Source: an uncultured Chitinophagaceae bacterium (GTDB lineage: Bacteria > Bacteroidota > Bacteroidia > Chitinophagales > Chitinophagaceae). Taken from it: a stretch of 64,000 nucleotides of DNA. Location of the stretch: assembly GCA_963696835.1 (NCBI GenBank), contig CAVOLS010000001.1, positions 102,662 to 166,661 on the forward strand, given 5' to 3'. Numbering within the stretch: position 1 is the first letter of the stretch; each line of letters opens with the position of its first letter. Below are positions 21,367 to 31,782 of the stretch, piece after piece. The notes under the pieces are model-generated. The model did no database searches and was not told the DNA's origin. It was given only the letters and a program-made list of their open reading frames with translations. The translations under genes and the position numbers were made by a program.

Positions 21367-21783
21367 TTAAAATTGCTCGAGTTTACTAAAGAAAAAGTCG
21401 CCTTCAATTTTAGCGTTTTCGTCACTATCGCTTCCGTGAACTGCATTCTCACCAATGGAAGCTGCATATAATTTCCTGATGGTTCCTTCTTCCGCCTGGG
21501 CTGGATTTGTAGCGCCGATCAATTTCCTGAAATCTTCAACTGCGTTTTCTTTCTCAAGAATCGCTGCCGTAATTGGGCCGCGGCTCATGAATTCAACCAA
21601 TTCACCATAGAAAGGGCGCTCTTTATGCACTTCATAAAATTCACCCGCTTTCTGGGCGGAAAGATGCGTCATTTTCATTGCCACGATGCGAAAGCCCGCC
21701 TTGTTGATCATTTCTAATATCGCGCCCGTGTTGCCTTTTTCCGTTGCGTCAGGCTTGATCATTGTAAAAGTTCTGTTGCTCAT
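21367..21783 (-). CDS. ndk: Nucleoside diphosphate kinase
   Basis: [26 protein letters not shown]. Confidence 0.97.
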   Translation of the reverse strand: MSNRTFTMIKPDATEKGNTGAILEMINKAGFRIVAMKMTHLSAQKAGEFYEVHKERPFYGELVEFMSRGPITAAILEKENAVEDFRKLIGATNPAQAEEGTIRKLYAASIGENAVHGSDSDENAKIEGDFFFSKLEQF

Positions 21784-21973
21784 TATTTTTAATTTTGGCT
21801 GCGAAGCTAATAAAATAAATGGTTGAATGGCTTTCCATTATTGAAAATTGCGGATCGTGTTTTGAAAAATAATATTCCTGCCGCGGACCAACTTTTTTCC
21901 TGTTTTTTCATTGTTGTTGTTTCCAATAATACACCTTGATTTATTACCTCGATTTAAATAAAAAAATTTCAAT

Positions 21974-22008
21974 AAAAAAACCGCTTTGAACTGTATTCAA
22001 AGCGGTTT
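21974..22008 (-). terminator. Intrinsic terminator
   Basis: AAACCGCTTTGAA-N5-TTCAAAGCGGTTT with an upstream A run. Confidence 0.8.
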
Positions 22009-22028
22009 ACTTATTTAATTAATCCGGA

Positions 22029-23657
22029 TTATCTTTTCTGAAGCTTGCTGTTGTAATTAATGTCATCATTTGTGATGGACAAATAATAAACTCCGGCATT
22101 TAAAACTGGAAGGTTGTTCACCTGTATTGCATTGTTTCCTTTTTCAACTTTTATTGTTTTCTGGAAAACAGGCTGTCCAATTGTATTGCGCAAGATCAAT
22201 GTTGCTTCAGTGGTTTTTGATGCGCTGAAAGAAGCAGTGAAGTTGTTGGCAAAAGGGTTTGGATACACTTCAATAGCGATATTTTTTGATGCAACCGCAA
22301 TTTTAACTACTGAGGAGAAAACATATTTGCCATTAATGTCAATTTGTTTCAGGCGATAGTAAACATTCTGGCCACCTGCAACTCCGTTATCCTGGAAGTT
22401 ATAGTTCCTGGTGATATTGCTGTTTCCGGCACCTTTTACTGTTGCTACCAAGTCGAAATTCTGGCCGTCAAAACTTCTGAAGATTTCAAAACGGTCATTG
22501 TTCAGTTCCTGACTTGTCTGCCAATCAAGATAAACCGCTCCGTTAGAATATTTACCATTGAAAGAGGTCATGGTAACAGGTGTAGGTCCGCAAGAGGCGA
22601 TGTGGGTTAACGTGTATTCATTCACATTGCTGCAACCCGGAGTTTGCAATCCTGCCTCAGAAGTTGAAATCACCATTCTGTATTTATTGCCATTCATCGG
22701 CACGGTAATGTTATTCAAAACAAGAGGCACTGTGTAATTGTTTCCAGTGAAAGATGCTTGGGCTGGCGCACCTACATTCGTGTAGCTGGCTCCGCCTGTA
22801 GTGCTTTTTTGGATAACGTACCAGGAGTTTGTTTGCGTTGCATCGGTAACTGTATAATTCAAAGTAATATTGCTTCCTTCGCAAATAGACGTGGGAGCTC
22901 CGGTTATTTCAATGTTGGAATTAACAACGTTGAAAGAAATATCATCCAATCCCAAGTCATTTCCGTCGGCTGTTTGTGTGGCGTTCACAACCTGCAAATC
23001 CACTGTATTGGTTGTTGCAACAAAAGTACCCCCAACTTTAACCCAGGTTGGAGTGGCTTTATAAGCAATTGGACCAGAGGTTGCGATCACGGTACCGTTC
23101 ACTTTGAAAGAGATGTTGGGTTCAGTATTTGGCTTAGCTGAAGAGCTGCCTGAAGGCAAAATATTTAAAACCCAGGCTGAAAACTCATATCTTGTTCCTA
23201 CGCAAACAGGGATTGATTTGATCTGGTAAAATATAGGGCTTGTCTTTGAATCAGGAGCACCGTTCACCGCCATGAACCAGCCACCGTCGCCGGTATGATC
23301 CTGGCCTCTCCAATCTCCTTTAATGCAGTTGCCGCCGTTGGCATCTCCGATATTTTTAATAATTGAATAGGTTCCTTCCTTACTTAATCCGGTGCTTGCT
23401 GATGTGTAGGTATAATCCGAACATGGCTGAAAGCTGCCATTGCTTGAGCAACCGTTTAGCTTGTTGCCGATATTCCCACTGGGATTGTAAGTAGCAGAAC
23501 CACTTTTTGTGCACGAGGCGGCACTATTATTAACAGTAATAAAAGGAGCGCTGAAAGTTCCTTTAGCGCCTAAGAGATTCGGGCCAACCTGTGCATTTGA
23601 AATTTGAAAGGTGCCTAATGACAATACCGCAAGAGCGATTGAGTAGAAATTTTTCAT
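22029..23657 (-). CDS. T9SS type A sorting-domain protein with a carbohydrate-binding-like N-terminal domain
   Basis: Signal peptide, DHTG..G.FM.VN and GNDLGLDDISF segments, PVTMTSF, YYRLKQID, VYPNP...GVYYL C-terminal domain. Confidence 0.88.
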   Translation of the reverse strand: MKNFYSIALAVLSLGTFQISNAQVGPNLLGAKGTFSAPFITVNNSAASCTKSGSATYNPSGNIGNKLNGCSSNGSFQPCSDYTYTSASTGLSKEGTYSIIKNIGDANGGNCIKGDWRGQDHTGDGGWFMAVNGAPDSKTSPIFYQIKSIPVCVGTRYEFSAWVLNILPSGSSSAKPNTEPNISFKVNGTVIATSGPIAYKATPTWVKVGGTFVATTNTVDLQVVNATQTADGNDLGLDDISFNVVNSNIEITGAPTSICEGSNITLNYTVTDATQTNSWYVIQKSTTGGASYTNVGAPAQASFTGNNYTVPLVLNNITVPMNGNKYRMVISTSEAGLQTPGCSNVNEYTLTHIASCGPTPVTMTSFNGKYSNGAVYLDWQTSQELNNDRFEIFRSFDGQNFDLVATVKGAGNSNITRNYNFQDNGVAGGQNVYYRLKQIDINGKYVFSSVVKIAVASKNIAIEVYPNPFANNFTASFSASKTTEATLILRNTIGQPVFQKTIKVEKGNNAIQVNNLPVLNAGVYYLSITNDDINYNSKLQKR

Positions 23658-23846
23658 TCTTTTGTAGTTTAGAGTGTAATTAATTGAGAGTGGAATTACA
23701 AAAGATATCTTGGATAATGCCGGCTATTGCCTGACAAGAGGTAATGGAATTTTAATAGCCATTTAGCTATTATTTAATTGCGGGAATTTAAAAGGAATTG
23801 GGGGTAAGTGAAACGTCTTTTCAGATAGACGAAGCAGTTAGTGAGG

Positions 23847-23854
23847 CAAAAGTA
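23847..23854 (-). promoter_or_regulatory. Sigma-A -7 element implying a ~190-nt 5' UTR
   Basis: TACTTTTG on the minus strand. Confidence 0.45.
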
Positions 23855-24059
23855 TAGAATATATTTGCAAATCCAAATATTTTTGAAAGTTTTTTTACAA
23901 TATTTTTTTCTTCCGTTGATTTTATCATTTTAATTTTTTGAAAAACACATCAAAAGTTAGCTGCCATTTTTCCTGCTATTTCTGAAAAATATATTTGGTT
24001 CATTAATAAAAAATAAAGGGCTAAAAGAGTTGAGCGATTAATATAATTACTTTTGTCCC

Positions 24060-25490
24060 ATGGAAATTAATTGTACGGATGAAGAGCTTTTAATATTGAA
24101 ACGAATTGCTGAAGCGGGTCGCGAATTAAAGATTCCTGTTTATATTATTGGCGGCTTTGTGAGGGATAAAATTTTAGGAAGGCCGACGAAAGACGCTGAT
24201 ATTGTATGCATAGGAAACGGCATTGAAGTCGCCCGGAAAACGTCTGAAAAATTTTCTCCTCAACCCCAGGTTAATTTTTTCAAAACCTTCGGTACAGCAC
24301 AAATAAAATTGTTTTCCAGAAACGAAGAGGTTCCTGCTTTTGAAATTGAGTTCGTTGGCGCCAGAAAAGAGAGTTACAACACAGATAGCCGTAAACCGGA
24401 AGTGCTGCCAGGAAGCATATACGATGACCGCATGCGCCGCGATTTTACGATCAATACTATGGCCATCAGCCTGAACAAAGATGATTACGGAAACCTTTTA
24501 GATCCGCTCAATGGCATAAGCGATCTAGAAAAAAGGATAATAAAAACACCGCTTCCACCCGACCAGACTTTCAGCGACGATCCTTTAAGAATGATGCGTG
24601 CGATTCGTTTTGCCACTCAGTTGGATTTTCAAATTTTTCCCGAAACTTTCGAAGCTATCAAAAGAAATGCGCAAAGAATAAAGATCGTAAGCGGGGAAAG
24701 GATCATTGAGGAGATCAATAAAATAATCATGACGAAAAAGCCTTCAATGGGTTTCAAACTGCTGAATGATTCGGGATTATTGAAAATAATTTTTCCGCAA
24801 ATGGTGGCTTTGGCTGGTGCAGAATATATTGACGGGAAAGGCCACAAGGATAATTTTTATCATACCCTTCAGGTGCTTGACAACATTGCACCGCATACCC
24901 AGGATCTGTGGTTGCGCTGGGCGGCGATTCTGCATGACATTGCAAAACCGGCGACAAAGAAATTTGAGGAAGGGCATGGTTGGACCTTTCACGGGCACGA
25001 GGTGGTAGGTGGCAGAATGGTGCCAAAAATTTTCGCTCAATTGAAATTACCTCTCAATGAGAAAATGAAATATGTGAAGAAAATGGTTGAGTTACATTTA
25101 AGACCTATAAGCCTTACAAAGGAAAACATTACCGACTCCGCCATCCGGCGTTTGATATTTGATGCCGGTAATGATATCGAAGATCTTATGACGCTTTGCA
25201 AAGCCGATATTACCTCAAAAAATAAAATGAAGGTGGAGCGCTTTCTGGCCAATTTTGAAATGGTTGAAAAGCGGCTGAAGGAAGTTGAGGAATCTGACCA
25301 TTTGCGCAACTGGCAACCGCCGATAACCGGCGAAATCATCATGAAAGAATTTGGGCTGCCGCCTTCAAGAGTTGTAGGTGAAATAAAAAACGCAGTTCGT
25401 GAAGCCATTTTGGATGGATTGATCCCAAACAAATTTGAGGAGGCGTTCCAATTTATGATTAAAGTAGCCAATGATCTCGGCATAAGATAG
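24060..25490 (+). CDS. cca: CCA tRNA nucleotidyltransferase with HD domain
   Basis: GGFVRD, DADI, RRDFTIN, DDPLRMMRAIRF, LHDIAK; both tRNAs in the window lack an encoded CCA. Confidence 0.9.
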   Translation: MEINCTDEELLILKRIAEAGRELKIPVYIIGGFVRDKILGRPTKDADIVCIGNGIEVARKTSEKFSPQPQVNFFKTFGTAQIKLFSRNEEVPAFEIEFVGARKESYNTDSRKPEVLPGSIYDDRMRRDFTINTMAISLNKDDYGNLLDPLNGISDLEKRIIKTPLPPDQTFSDDPLRMMRAIRFATQLDFQIFPETFEAIKRNAQRIKIVSGERIIEEINKIIMTKKPSMGFKLLNDSGLLKIIFPQMVALAGAEYIDGKGHKDNFYHTLQVLDNIAPHTQDLWLRWAAILHDIAKPATKKFEEGHGWTFHGHEVVGGRMVPKIFAQLKLPLNEKMKYVKKMVELHLRPISLTKENITDSAIRRLIFDAGNDIEDLMTLCKADITSKNKMKVERFLANFEMVEKRLKEVEESDHLRNWQPPITGEIIMKEFGLPPSRVVGEIKNAVREAILDGLIPNKFEEAFQFMIKVANDLGIR

Positions 25491-25522
25491 CTTATGGCGG
25501 AGGCGGATAGTGGATAGAAAAG

Positions 25523-25912
25523 AAGCAAATCCATTAATAATCCTGCTCATTCTCAAATCCTGCAAATCCTGGTTCACATCATTAGCAGATAATCAGCAAA
25601 CGGACTATTTTGAAGATTTTTTTCAGTCAAGGAGTAAATTAATTTATTAATCCTGTTCATCCTTAAATCCTGCAAATCCTATTTCATACATTATCTGACA
25701 ATCAGCAAACGGACTTTTTTTAAGATTTTTTTTCAGTCAGGGAGCAAATTAATTTATTAATCCTGTTCATCCTTAAATCCTGCAAATCCTGTTTCAGACA
25801 TTATCTGACAAGCAGCGAATCAACTTATTAATCCTGTTCATCCTGAAATCCTGCAAATCCTGGTTCAGACATTATCTGACAATCAGCAAACGGACTTTAT
25901 TTTAAGATTTTA
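25523..25912 (+). repeat. Tandem array of ~109-bp units (4 copies, one shortened)
   Basis: AATCCTG(T/C)TCAT..AAATCCTGCAAATCCT four times, each followed by the motif at 25594, 25703, 25813 (degenerate) and 25884. Confidence 0.92.
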
Positions 25913-25965
25913 CGATTCCTTCCTAATGCTTAATTCATCATTGGCTTAGTATCTTGCAACCGGAT

Positions 25966-27061
25966 ATGGTTTTTACTAAAATTACATTAACCGGTTATAA
26001 AAATTATCAATCAAAATCCTTTCAATTTACCGAAAGGATCATCGGAATTTGCGGATTGAACGGGAAAGGGAAAACCAATCTTTTGGATGCAATTCAATTA
26101 TCTATGTTTTACCAAAAGTTATTTTTCAAAACCGATGTTTTAAATATTTATTTTGGTGGAGAAGGTTTCGGCTCGAAGGCGAATTAGAACCCATGGGGGA
26201 CAACAAAGAAGATACGCAAAAAATTGTTTGTATTTATCGTTCACCATTAAAAAAGAATTTTACCTGGATGATATTGCTTATGAAAGATTTTCTCATCATA
26301 TTGGCAAATTTCCCTGCGTGGTAATTGCGCCTGATGACATTGAAATGATTACTGGTGGAAGCGAGGAAAGAAGAAAATTTGTTGACACGCTCATCAGCCA
26401 GGTTGATTCCGAATATTTGCAGCAACTAATTATTTATAATAAAGTTTTAGCGCAGCGAAATAGTTTCCTTAAAAAATGAAGCTTTAAAAAATACTTTCGA
26501 CTTTGGGCTTTTAGAAGTATTCGATCACCAGATTGTTCCGCCAGCGAATTATATTCACAAAATAAGAAGCGAATTTTCAAAACAACTTTTTCCACTCGTG
26601 CAGCAATTTTATAAGAGTATTTCCGGCAATAATGAAGTGGTGACATCTGGAATATAATAGCCAGTTGAACGAAAATGATTTTTCAGAAAATTATTGAAAG
26701 CGTCGTTGCAAAAGACCCACGCTCACAAAGAACCAATGTGGGCATTCATAAAGAGGATCTTGCCTTTTTACTTAATGAGAATATTTTTAAAAGCATGCTT
26801 CCCAGGGGCAGCGGAAAAGCCTGCTTGTTCGCCTGAAACTTGGCAGAATTTGAAATATTGAAAAAAGCCAAAGGCTTTTCGCCGTTTTTATTATTAGATG
26901 ATGTTTTTGAAAAGCTGGATGAAAACAGGATGAAAAATTTGCTCGAATATGTTTGTCGGGAAAACAGTGCGCAGGTATTTATTACCGACACACATGCAGA
27001 GCGATTGCAAATAGCGTTGTCGCAATTTGGAGATGCAGTGCAGATTATAGAATTAAGTTAG
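25966..27061 (+). pseudogene. recF: RecF DNA repair protein, multiply frameshifted (probably sequencing error)
   Basis: GLNGKGKTNLLDAI, GGSEERRKFVD, YNKVLAQRN and LLLDDVFEKLD occur in different frames. Confidence 0.85.
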
Positions 27062-27172
27062 TATTATGCCACAAGCGCAAAGACAGAAAGTAGCACAAAG
27101 GAAATTGAAACTAATTAAATTTTCCTTCCTGGCTGTTTCCTTGCTCTGCCGAAAAAAAAATACCTTTACAAA

Positions 27173-27452
27173 ATGGAAATTTCAATTGGAGACGCGATAA
27201 AAGCAATTCCTGAAAAAAAGCAGGTTAAAAAGTGGTGTTCAGGCTTTGCAGATTCAGGAAGTTTGGGGCAATATTATGGGCAAAACCATCGCCAATTATA
27301 CAGACAAAATCGAAATTATCAATTCTACCCTCTTCATTTCTACAAATGTAGCCCCTTTAAAAAATGAATTAATTTACCAGAAAGCGAAAATTATTGAAAG
27401 AGTAAATGAAGCGCTGGGAGAAAGGGTAATTAATGAAGTTGTGGTGAAATAA
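27173..27452 (+). pseudogene. DUF721/DciA-like protein, one frameshift
   Basis: Removing one A from the run near 27200 gives MEISIGDAIKQFLKKSRLKSG...APLKNEL. Confidence 0.75.
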
Positions 27453-27500
27453 TTTTTTTGTACGATTCGGTTTAATGTACGAATCGAAACACAATTCTTC

Positions 27501-28548
27501 TTACAGCTTAACTCTCGGATCAATAATTCCATAAAGAAAATCAGCCAGAATATTGATGAATACAAAAATGGTAGCGGCAAAAAGCACCGATCCCATGACA
27601 ACAGGATAATCTAATTTCTCAAGGGCATCTACGGTAACTTTTCCAATCCCTTTCCAGCCAAAAATATATTCGACAAAAAAAGCGCCGGCCAGCAATTCGG
27701 CAAACCATCCTGTAATGGCGGTAATTACCGGGTTGATTGCATTTCTCAAAGCATGCCCAAAAATCACTTGGCTTTTGCTCAAACCTTTCGCATAAGCAGT
27801 TCTGATATAATCCTGGTTAAGCGTATCCAGCATGGAGCTTCTTGTTAATTGCGTAATGATGGCCATCGGCCTGATGCCGAGGGTAAGGGCAGGAAGAATT
27901 AAGATTTTGAAGCGTTAAATACCGTCTGCCGGTTTCTTCATTAATATTAAACCAACTGCCGGTTAACGAAAGTCCCGTATAATCATGTAGCACCAGACCA
28001 AATAAATAGGCGATAACAATCGCCATGAAAAACGATGGCGCTGAAATGCCAATTACACTTGCGAAAACCGAGGAAGTATCGAGCCAGGTGTTTTGTTTTA
28101 CTGCCGCTAAAATGCCCAGAAAAATTCCGAATATAATGGCAAAAATCATTGCGGCCGACGCAAGCAGGATCGTGCCCGGCAGCGCTTCCATCAATACTTC
28201 AGTTACCTCTTTTTTGGTTTGATAACTGCGGCGCAGATAAGGAATTTTTATGCCGATCTTTTTATTTCCGCCAATAAAAAATCCATGCAGGTTTTTGTCT
28301 TTGATTTCCTGATTTGAATGAACAGCGATGGGAGAAATATCATTCACATACAACAAAAATTGTTTCCATTTTGGCTGATCGAGATAAAGTTCCTTGCGGA
28401 TATTATCCATTGTTTTTTGATCACCTGTTTGGCCAAGAACCATTCGGGCAGGATCTCCAAAAGCCTGGAAGATAAAAAACACAACAACGACAACACCTGC
28501 GAGGACAAGCACTCCATAAGTGAGTTTTTTTATGAGAAGCTGAAACAT
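27501..28548 (-). pseudogene. Peptide ABC transporter permease (DppB/OppB), one frameshift near 27900
   Basis: GDPAR, LPGT, EAA loop DYIRTAYAKGL, DPRV; two overlapping ORFs. Confidence 0.85.
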
Positions 28549-28560
28549 GTTTATGGTAAT

Positions 28561-28713
28561 TTAATGAACCTGATTTTGCGTATCGTTTAATCTGAAAACT
28601 TCAATTTCAGCCATTTCAATTTGAAGTAAACGATAAACTTCCTCCAGCAAATATTCATTATCTGTTTTGTCTATCTCCAGGAAAAGCTTTTCTCTCAATT
28701 GTTTTGTGGACAT
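28561..28713 (-). CDS. 50-aa ORF resembling a truncated type II antitoxin-like protein
   Basis: Manual translation MSTKQLREKLFLEIDKTDNEYLLEEVYRLLQIEMAEIEVFRLNDTQNQVH; below the ORF-track length cutoff. Confidence 0.5.
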   Translation of the reverse strand: MSTKQLREKLFLEIDKTDNEYLLEEVYRLLQIEMAEIEVFRLNDTQNQVH

Positions 28714-28745
28714 ATAATTTGCTTTTACAAAATGCAGATTTTTCC

Positions 28746-29867
28746 TTACTTAAGCGCCTTTCGAAAATCGGCCCAGCCCCACTTGTTTTCAATCACGGGG
28801 CCCTTCATCAAATATAGTTCGGGACTGGTTCTCGCTGCTGTTTTGAAGGCAGTCGCGTCAAGGCTAAGTACCGCAAGTCCATAGTTATTTTTCACGTTGA
28901 AAAAATCATTCACCTCAGGCGTTTGAGGCGTTATAATATAGAGCGGCCGGCCTTTGCTTTTTGCCAGTTGAAATAAAGTATTGAAGTTGTTCAACCACGC
29001 ATCGGGACTGGCAGCCATGTCTTTTATGAAAAATAAATAATACTCTGCATCCACATTTAAAATCGCCTCTGTAGAATCGTTGCCAGAAAGCGAAGTAAGA
29101 TAAAAATCCTTGATCGGTGGTTCGTTGTTGCTACCTTTCTCGACGATGAAATCTTCCCGGCTCACAAATTCCCAGGTGGAATCTGGCAGATTTTTTATCG
29201 AAAATTCCTGCGTTTTTCCATCTTTCTGATAAAAGAATTTATAATCTTTTTTATCAGGAATCGCGTTTGCAGGCATTTGGCGAAGTTCAAGGATATTATT
29301 GCCTTTTTTAAATGGAAGGCAGTCTACCAGAGGCATGTAGCGCATTACGTACCATTGAAAATATAATACAAGAACCGTTGATAGCAAGAAGGATTATAAA
29401 ATTCAATCCTGGCAACATCACCTGATGGATATATTTTGCTCCGAAGAAAATAATCAGGACAAGTGCGAGCAAAATCAAATCTTTTATAAAGGATTGCATG
29501 GCCGTTAATGGAATGCAATCGCCAAAGCAGCCACAGGTCGCGATCTTCCCGGATAAAACCGCGTACCCGGTAAGAAAACTGAAGAAGAGGATAAGCAGCA
29601 ATAGCAGCCAACTGAAAAACTTTTTCCAAATTCCTAAAAGAATACCAACTCCAACGACTATCTCCAGCGTGATCATGATGATGGAAAAAGATAGCGCATA
29701 TTCAGAGAGCCATGCATCAATGAAGTGAGCCAGGGAGTTCGGGACCACACCTCAAAAAATTCCTGCATTTTATAGGAAAGCCCTAAGGGATCGTTTGCCT
29801 TCACCAAACCCGAAAAAATGAAAAGAACTCCAACAATAATTCTTGCAACGTTTACTAATAGTTTCAT
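28746..29867 (-). pseudogene. DoxX/MauE-like BT_3928 family membrane protein, two frameshifts
   Basis: GVLFIFSGLVKANDPLG, CGCFGD and KTAARTSP occur in three frames. Confidence 0.8.
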
Positions 29868-29889
29868 TTTGGTATTTTTTTGAACGGTT

Positions 29890-30443
29890 TTATTCTGCGA
29901 GTATCAAAGCAAAAACTGCATAATTTAAAATATCATAATAATTGGCGTCAATGCCTTCACTGATCAGGGTTTTTCCCTCATTTTGAATAATCTGTTTTAT
30001 CCGCAGAATCTTAGCGAGAATCAGATCCACAAAGCTTTCCTGGGTCATGTCGCGCCAGGCTTCATCATAATCATGATTCTTGTCTTCCATGAGTTTTTTA
30101 GCGGCAGCAATTTTGCCGTCATACAGCTCAAGCGCTTCCTCAACGGGCAGGTCTTCAACGTCATTCTTTGTGGGTCGCCTTTCCAAATATCCAGTTGGAT
30201 CAGGCCTATCACTGCGTAATTCAGGATCCCCTTGAATTCACCAATGATATCATCCTCGATTCTTTGCGTCTTTTTTTCCTGGATATTCCGGATCCGTTTG
30301 GCCTTTATATAAATCTGGTCGGCAATGGAAATTGTCCGGTAAACCCGCCATGAGGTACCATAGTCTTTGGTCTTTTTTACAAATATCTCCCTGCATTCAT
30401 TTACAGCGTTATCGTATTGCGTATCCGTATTAACTTGCATCAT
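29890..30443 (-). pseudogene. DUF1599 protein, one frameshift near 30185
   Basis: KKTKDYGTSWR, QIYIKAKRIR, KNHDYDEAWRDM, DANYYDILNYAVF. Confidence 0.8.
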
Positions 30444-30474
30444 AATTACCGCCAAATTTAAACCTAAATAAACA

Positions 30475-31305
30475 ATGTTTTCATTGAACTGCAAAGGAAA
30501 ACTGCTTTTGATCGAAAAACCTTTAGTCATGGGAATCCTGAACCTTACAGAAGATTCCTTTTTTCCCGGAAGCAGGATGAAAAACGCAGACGCCATTAAA
30601 AAGAAAGCAGTTCAAATGATGGAAGAAGGAGCCGCGATTCTTGACATCGGCGCGCAAAGCACAAGACCCGGAAGCCAGCGCATTTCCGCTGCTGAAGAGC
30701 TGGAAAAATTATTGCCCGCGATTGAAATGCTTTCTTCATTGATGCCCGAAATAATCCTCTCGGTTGACACTTATCATTCTTTTGTGGCAAAAGAAGCAGT
30801 AGCGGCGGGATGTTCAATCGTAAATGATATCAGCGGCGGCGAAATGGATAAAAACATGCTTCCTGCGGTTGGCGCGCTGAATGTTCCTTTTGTGTGCATG
30901 CACATGAAAGGAGTTCCAGAAACTATGCAGGATCAATCCATTTACAATGATGTCACTTTAGAGGTACTGGATTATTTTATCAAAAAAATTTCGGAGTGCC
31001 AACAGGCAGGAATAAACGATACTATTATTGATCCCGGATTTGGCTTCGCCAAAAATATTTCCCAAAATTTTTTGCTTTTGAAGAACTTGCATGTTTTTAA
31101 AATTCTTGAAAAACCTGTCCTTGTTGGCTTGTCACGAAAATCAACGATTTACAAAACCTTAAAAACCGATGCTGAAAATTCCCTGAACGGGACAACGGTT
31201 TTGAACACCCTCGCCTTGAATAACGGCGCCTCCATCCTTCGCGTGCATGATGTGAAACAAGCGATGGAAGCGGTAGAATTGTGGAAGGCTTATGAGCAGA
31301 GTTGA
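30475..31305 (+). CDS. folP: Dihydropteroate synthase
   Basis: MGILNLTEDSF, STRPG, DPGFGF, GLSRKS, LRVHDV. Confidence 0.96.
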   Translation: MFSLNCKGKLLLIEKPLVMGILNLTEDSFFPGSRMKNADAIKKKAVQMMEEGAAILDIGAQSTRPGSQRISAAEELEKLLPAIEMLSSLMPEIILSVDTYHSFVAKEAVAAGCSIVNDISGGEMDKNMLPAVGALNVPFVCMHMKGVPETMQDQSIYNDVTLEVLDYFIKKISECQQAGINDTIIDPGFGFAKNISQNFLLLKNLHVFKILEKPVLVGLSRKSTIYKTLKTDAENSLNGTTVLNTLALNNGASILRVHDVKQAMEAVELWKAYEQS

Positions 31306-31328
31306 AAATGTTTTGAGTCAATGCTGAG

Positions 31329-31700
31329 TAGCAAACGCACTTTTTTTACGGATTTTTTTCGGGAGCATAGGGCTTCGACCTATGCTGGCAGATTGCGCCC
31401 TTTCAGGGCTGGAAGACTCGAATGTTGATCGGCAAATTGTATTTCAAAAAAGGGAGAGACTGACGACGGATCGCGAATGTATTGTGAAGACGAAATCAGC
31501 AGAAAATCAGCAAACGCACTTTTTTTCAGATTTCTTCAAGAGTCAAGGCTTCCCCCTATGTTGGCAGATGGCGCCGTTTCAGGACTGGAAGACTTGAATG
31601 TTGATCTGCAAATTGTTTTCAAAAAAATGGAGTGGGCGGATGCTTGTGAGAACAAAAATCTTTTTAGATAAACGTACTTTTTTTAAAGAATACTTTTATT
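31329..31700 (+). repeat. Diverged direct duplication (179/157 bp) delimited by three motif copies
   Basis: Motifs at 31329, 31508 and 31665; both units contain CCTATG.TGGCAGAT.GCGCC.TTTCAGG.CTGGAAGACT.GAATGTTGATC. Confidence 0.88.
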
Positions 31701-31727
31701 CAATTTTTCTACGCATGGCAATTCAAG

Positions 31728-31762
31728 AAAAACGCCGGATCGTTTAAAATCCGGCGTTTTTT
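31728..31762. terminator. Bidirectional intrinsic terminator
   Basis: AAAAACGCCGGAT...ATCCGGCGTTTTT between convergent genes. Confidence 0.85.
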
Positions 31763-31782
31763 ATAAACTTAAATGTAATCTT

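Noticed and set aside
25523-25912. Possible CRISPR array (also considered for 7428-8154 and 1189-1515)
   Set aside because: Spacers are either copies of each other or too long, the repeats are degenerate and non-palindromic, and no cas genes are present
25966-30443. Programmed frameshifting or phase variation in recF and its neighbours
   Set aside because: Too many scattered indels across unrelated genes; this is typical of consensus error
31382-31671. Two small ORFs with similar LAD.A.SGLED peptides
   Set aside because: They are translations of the duplicated non-coding repeat unit
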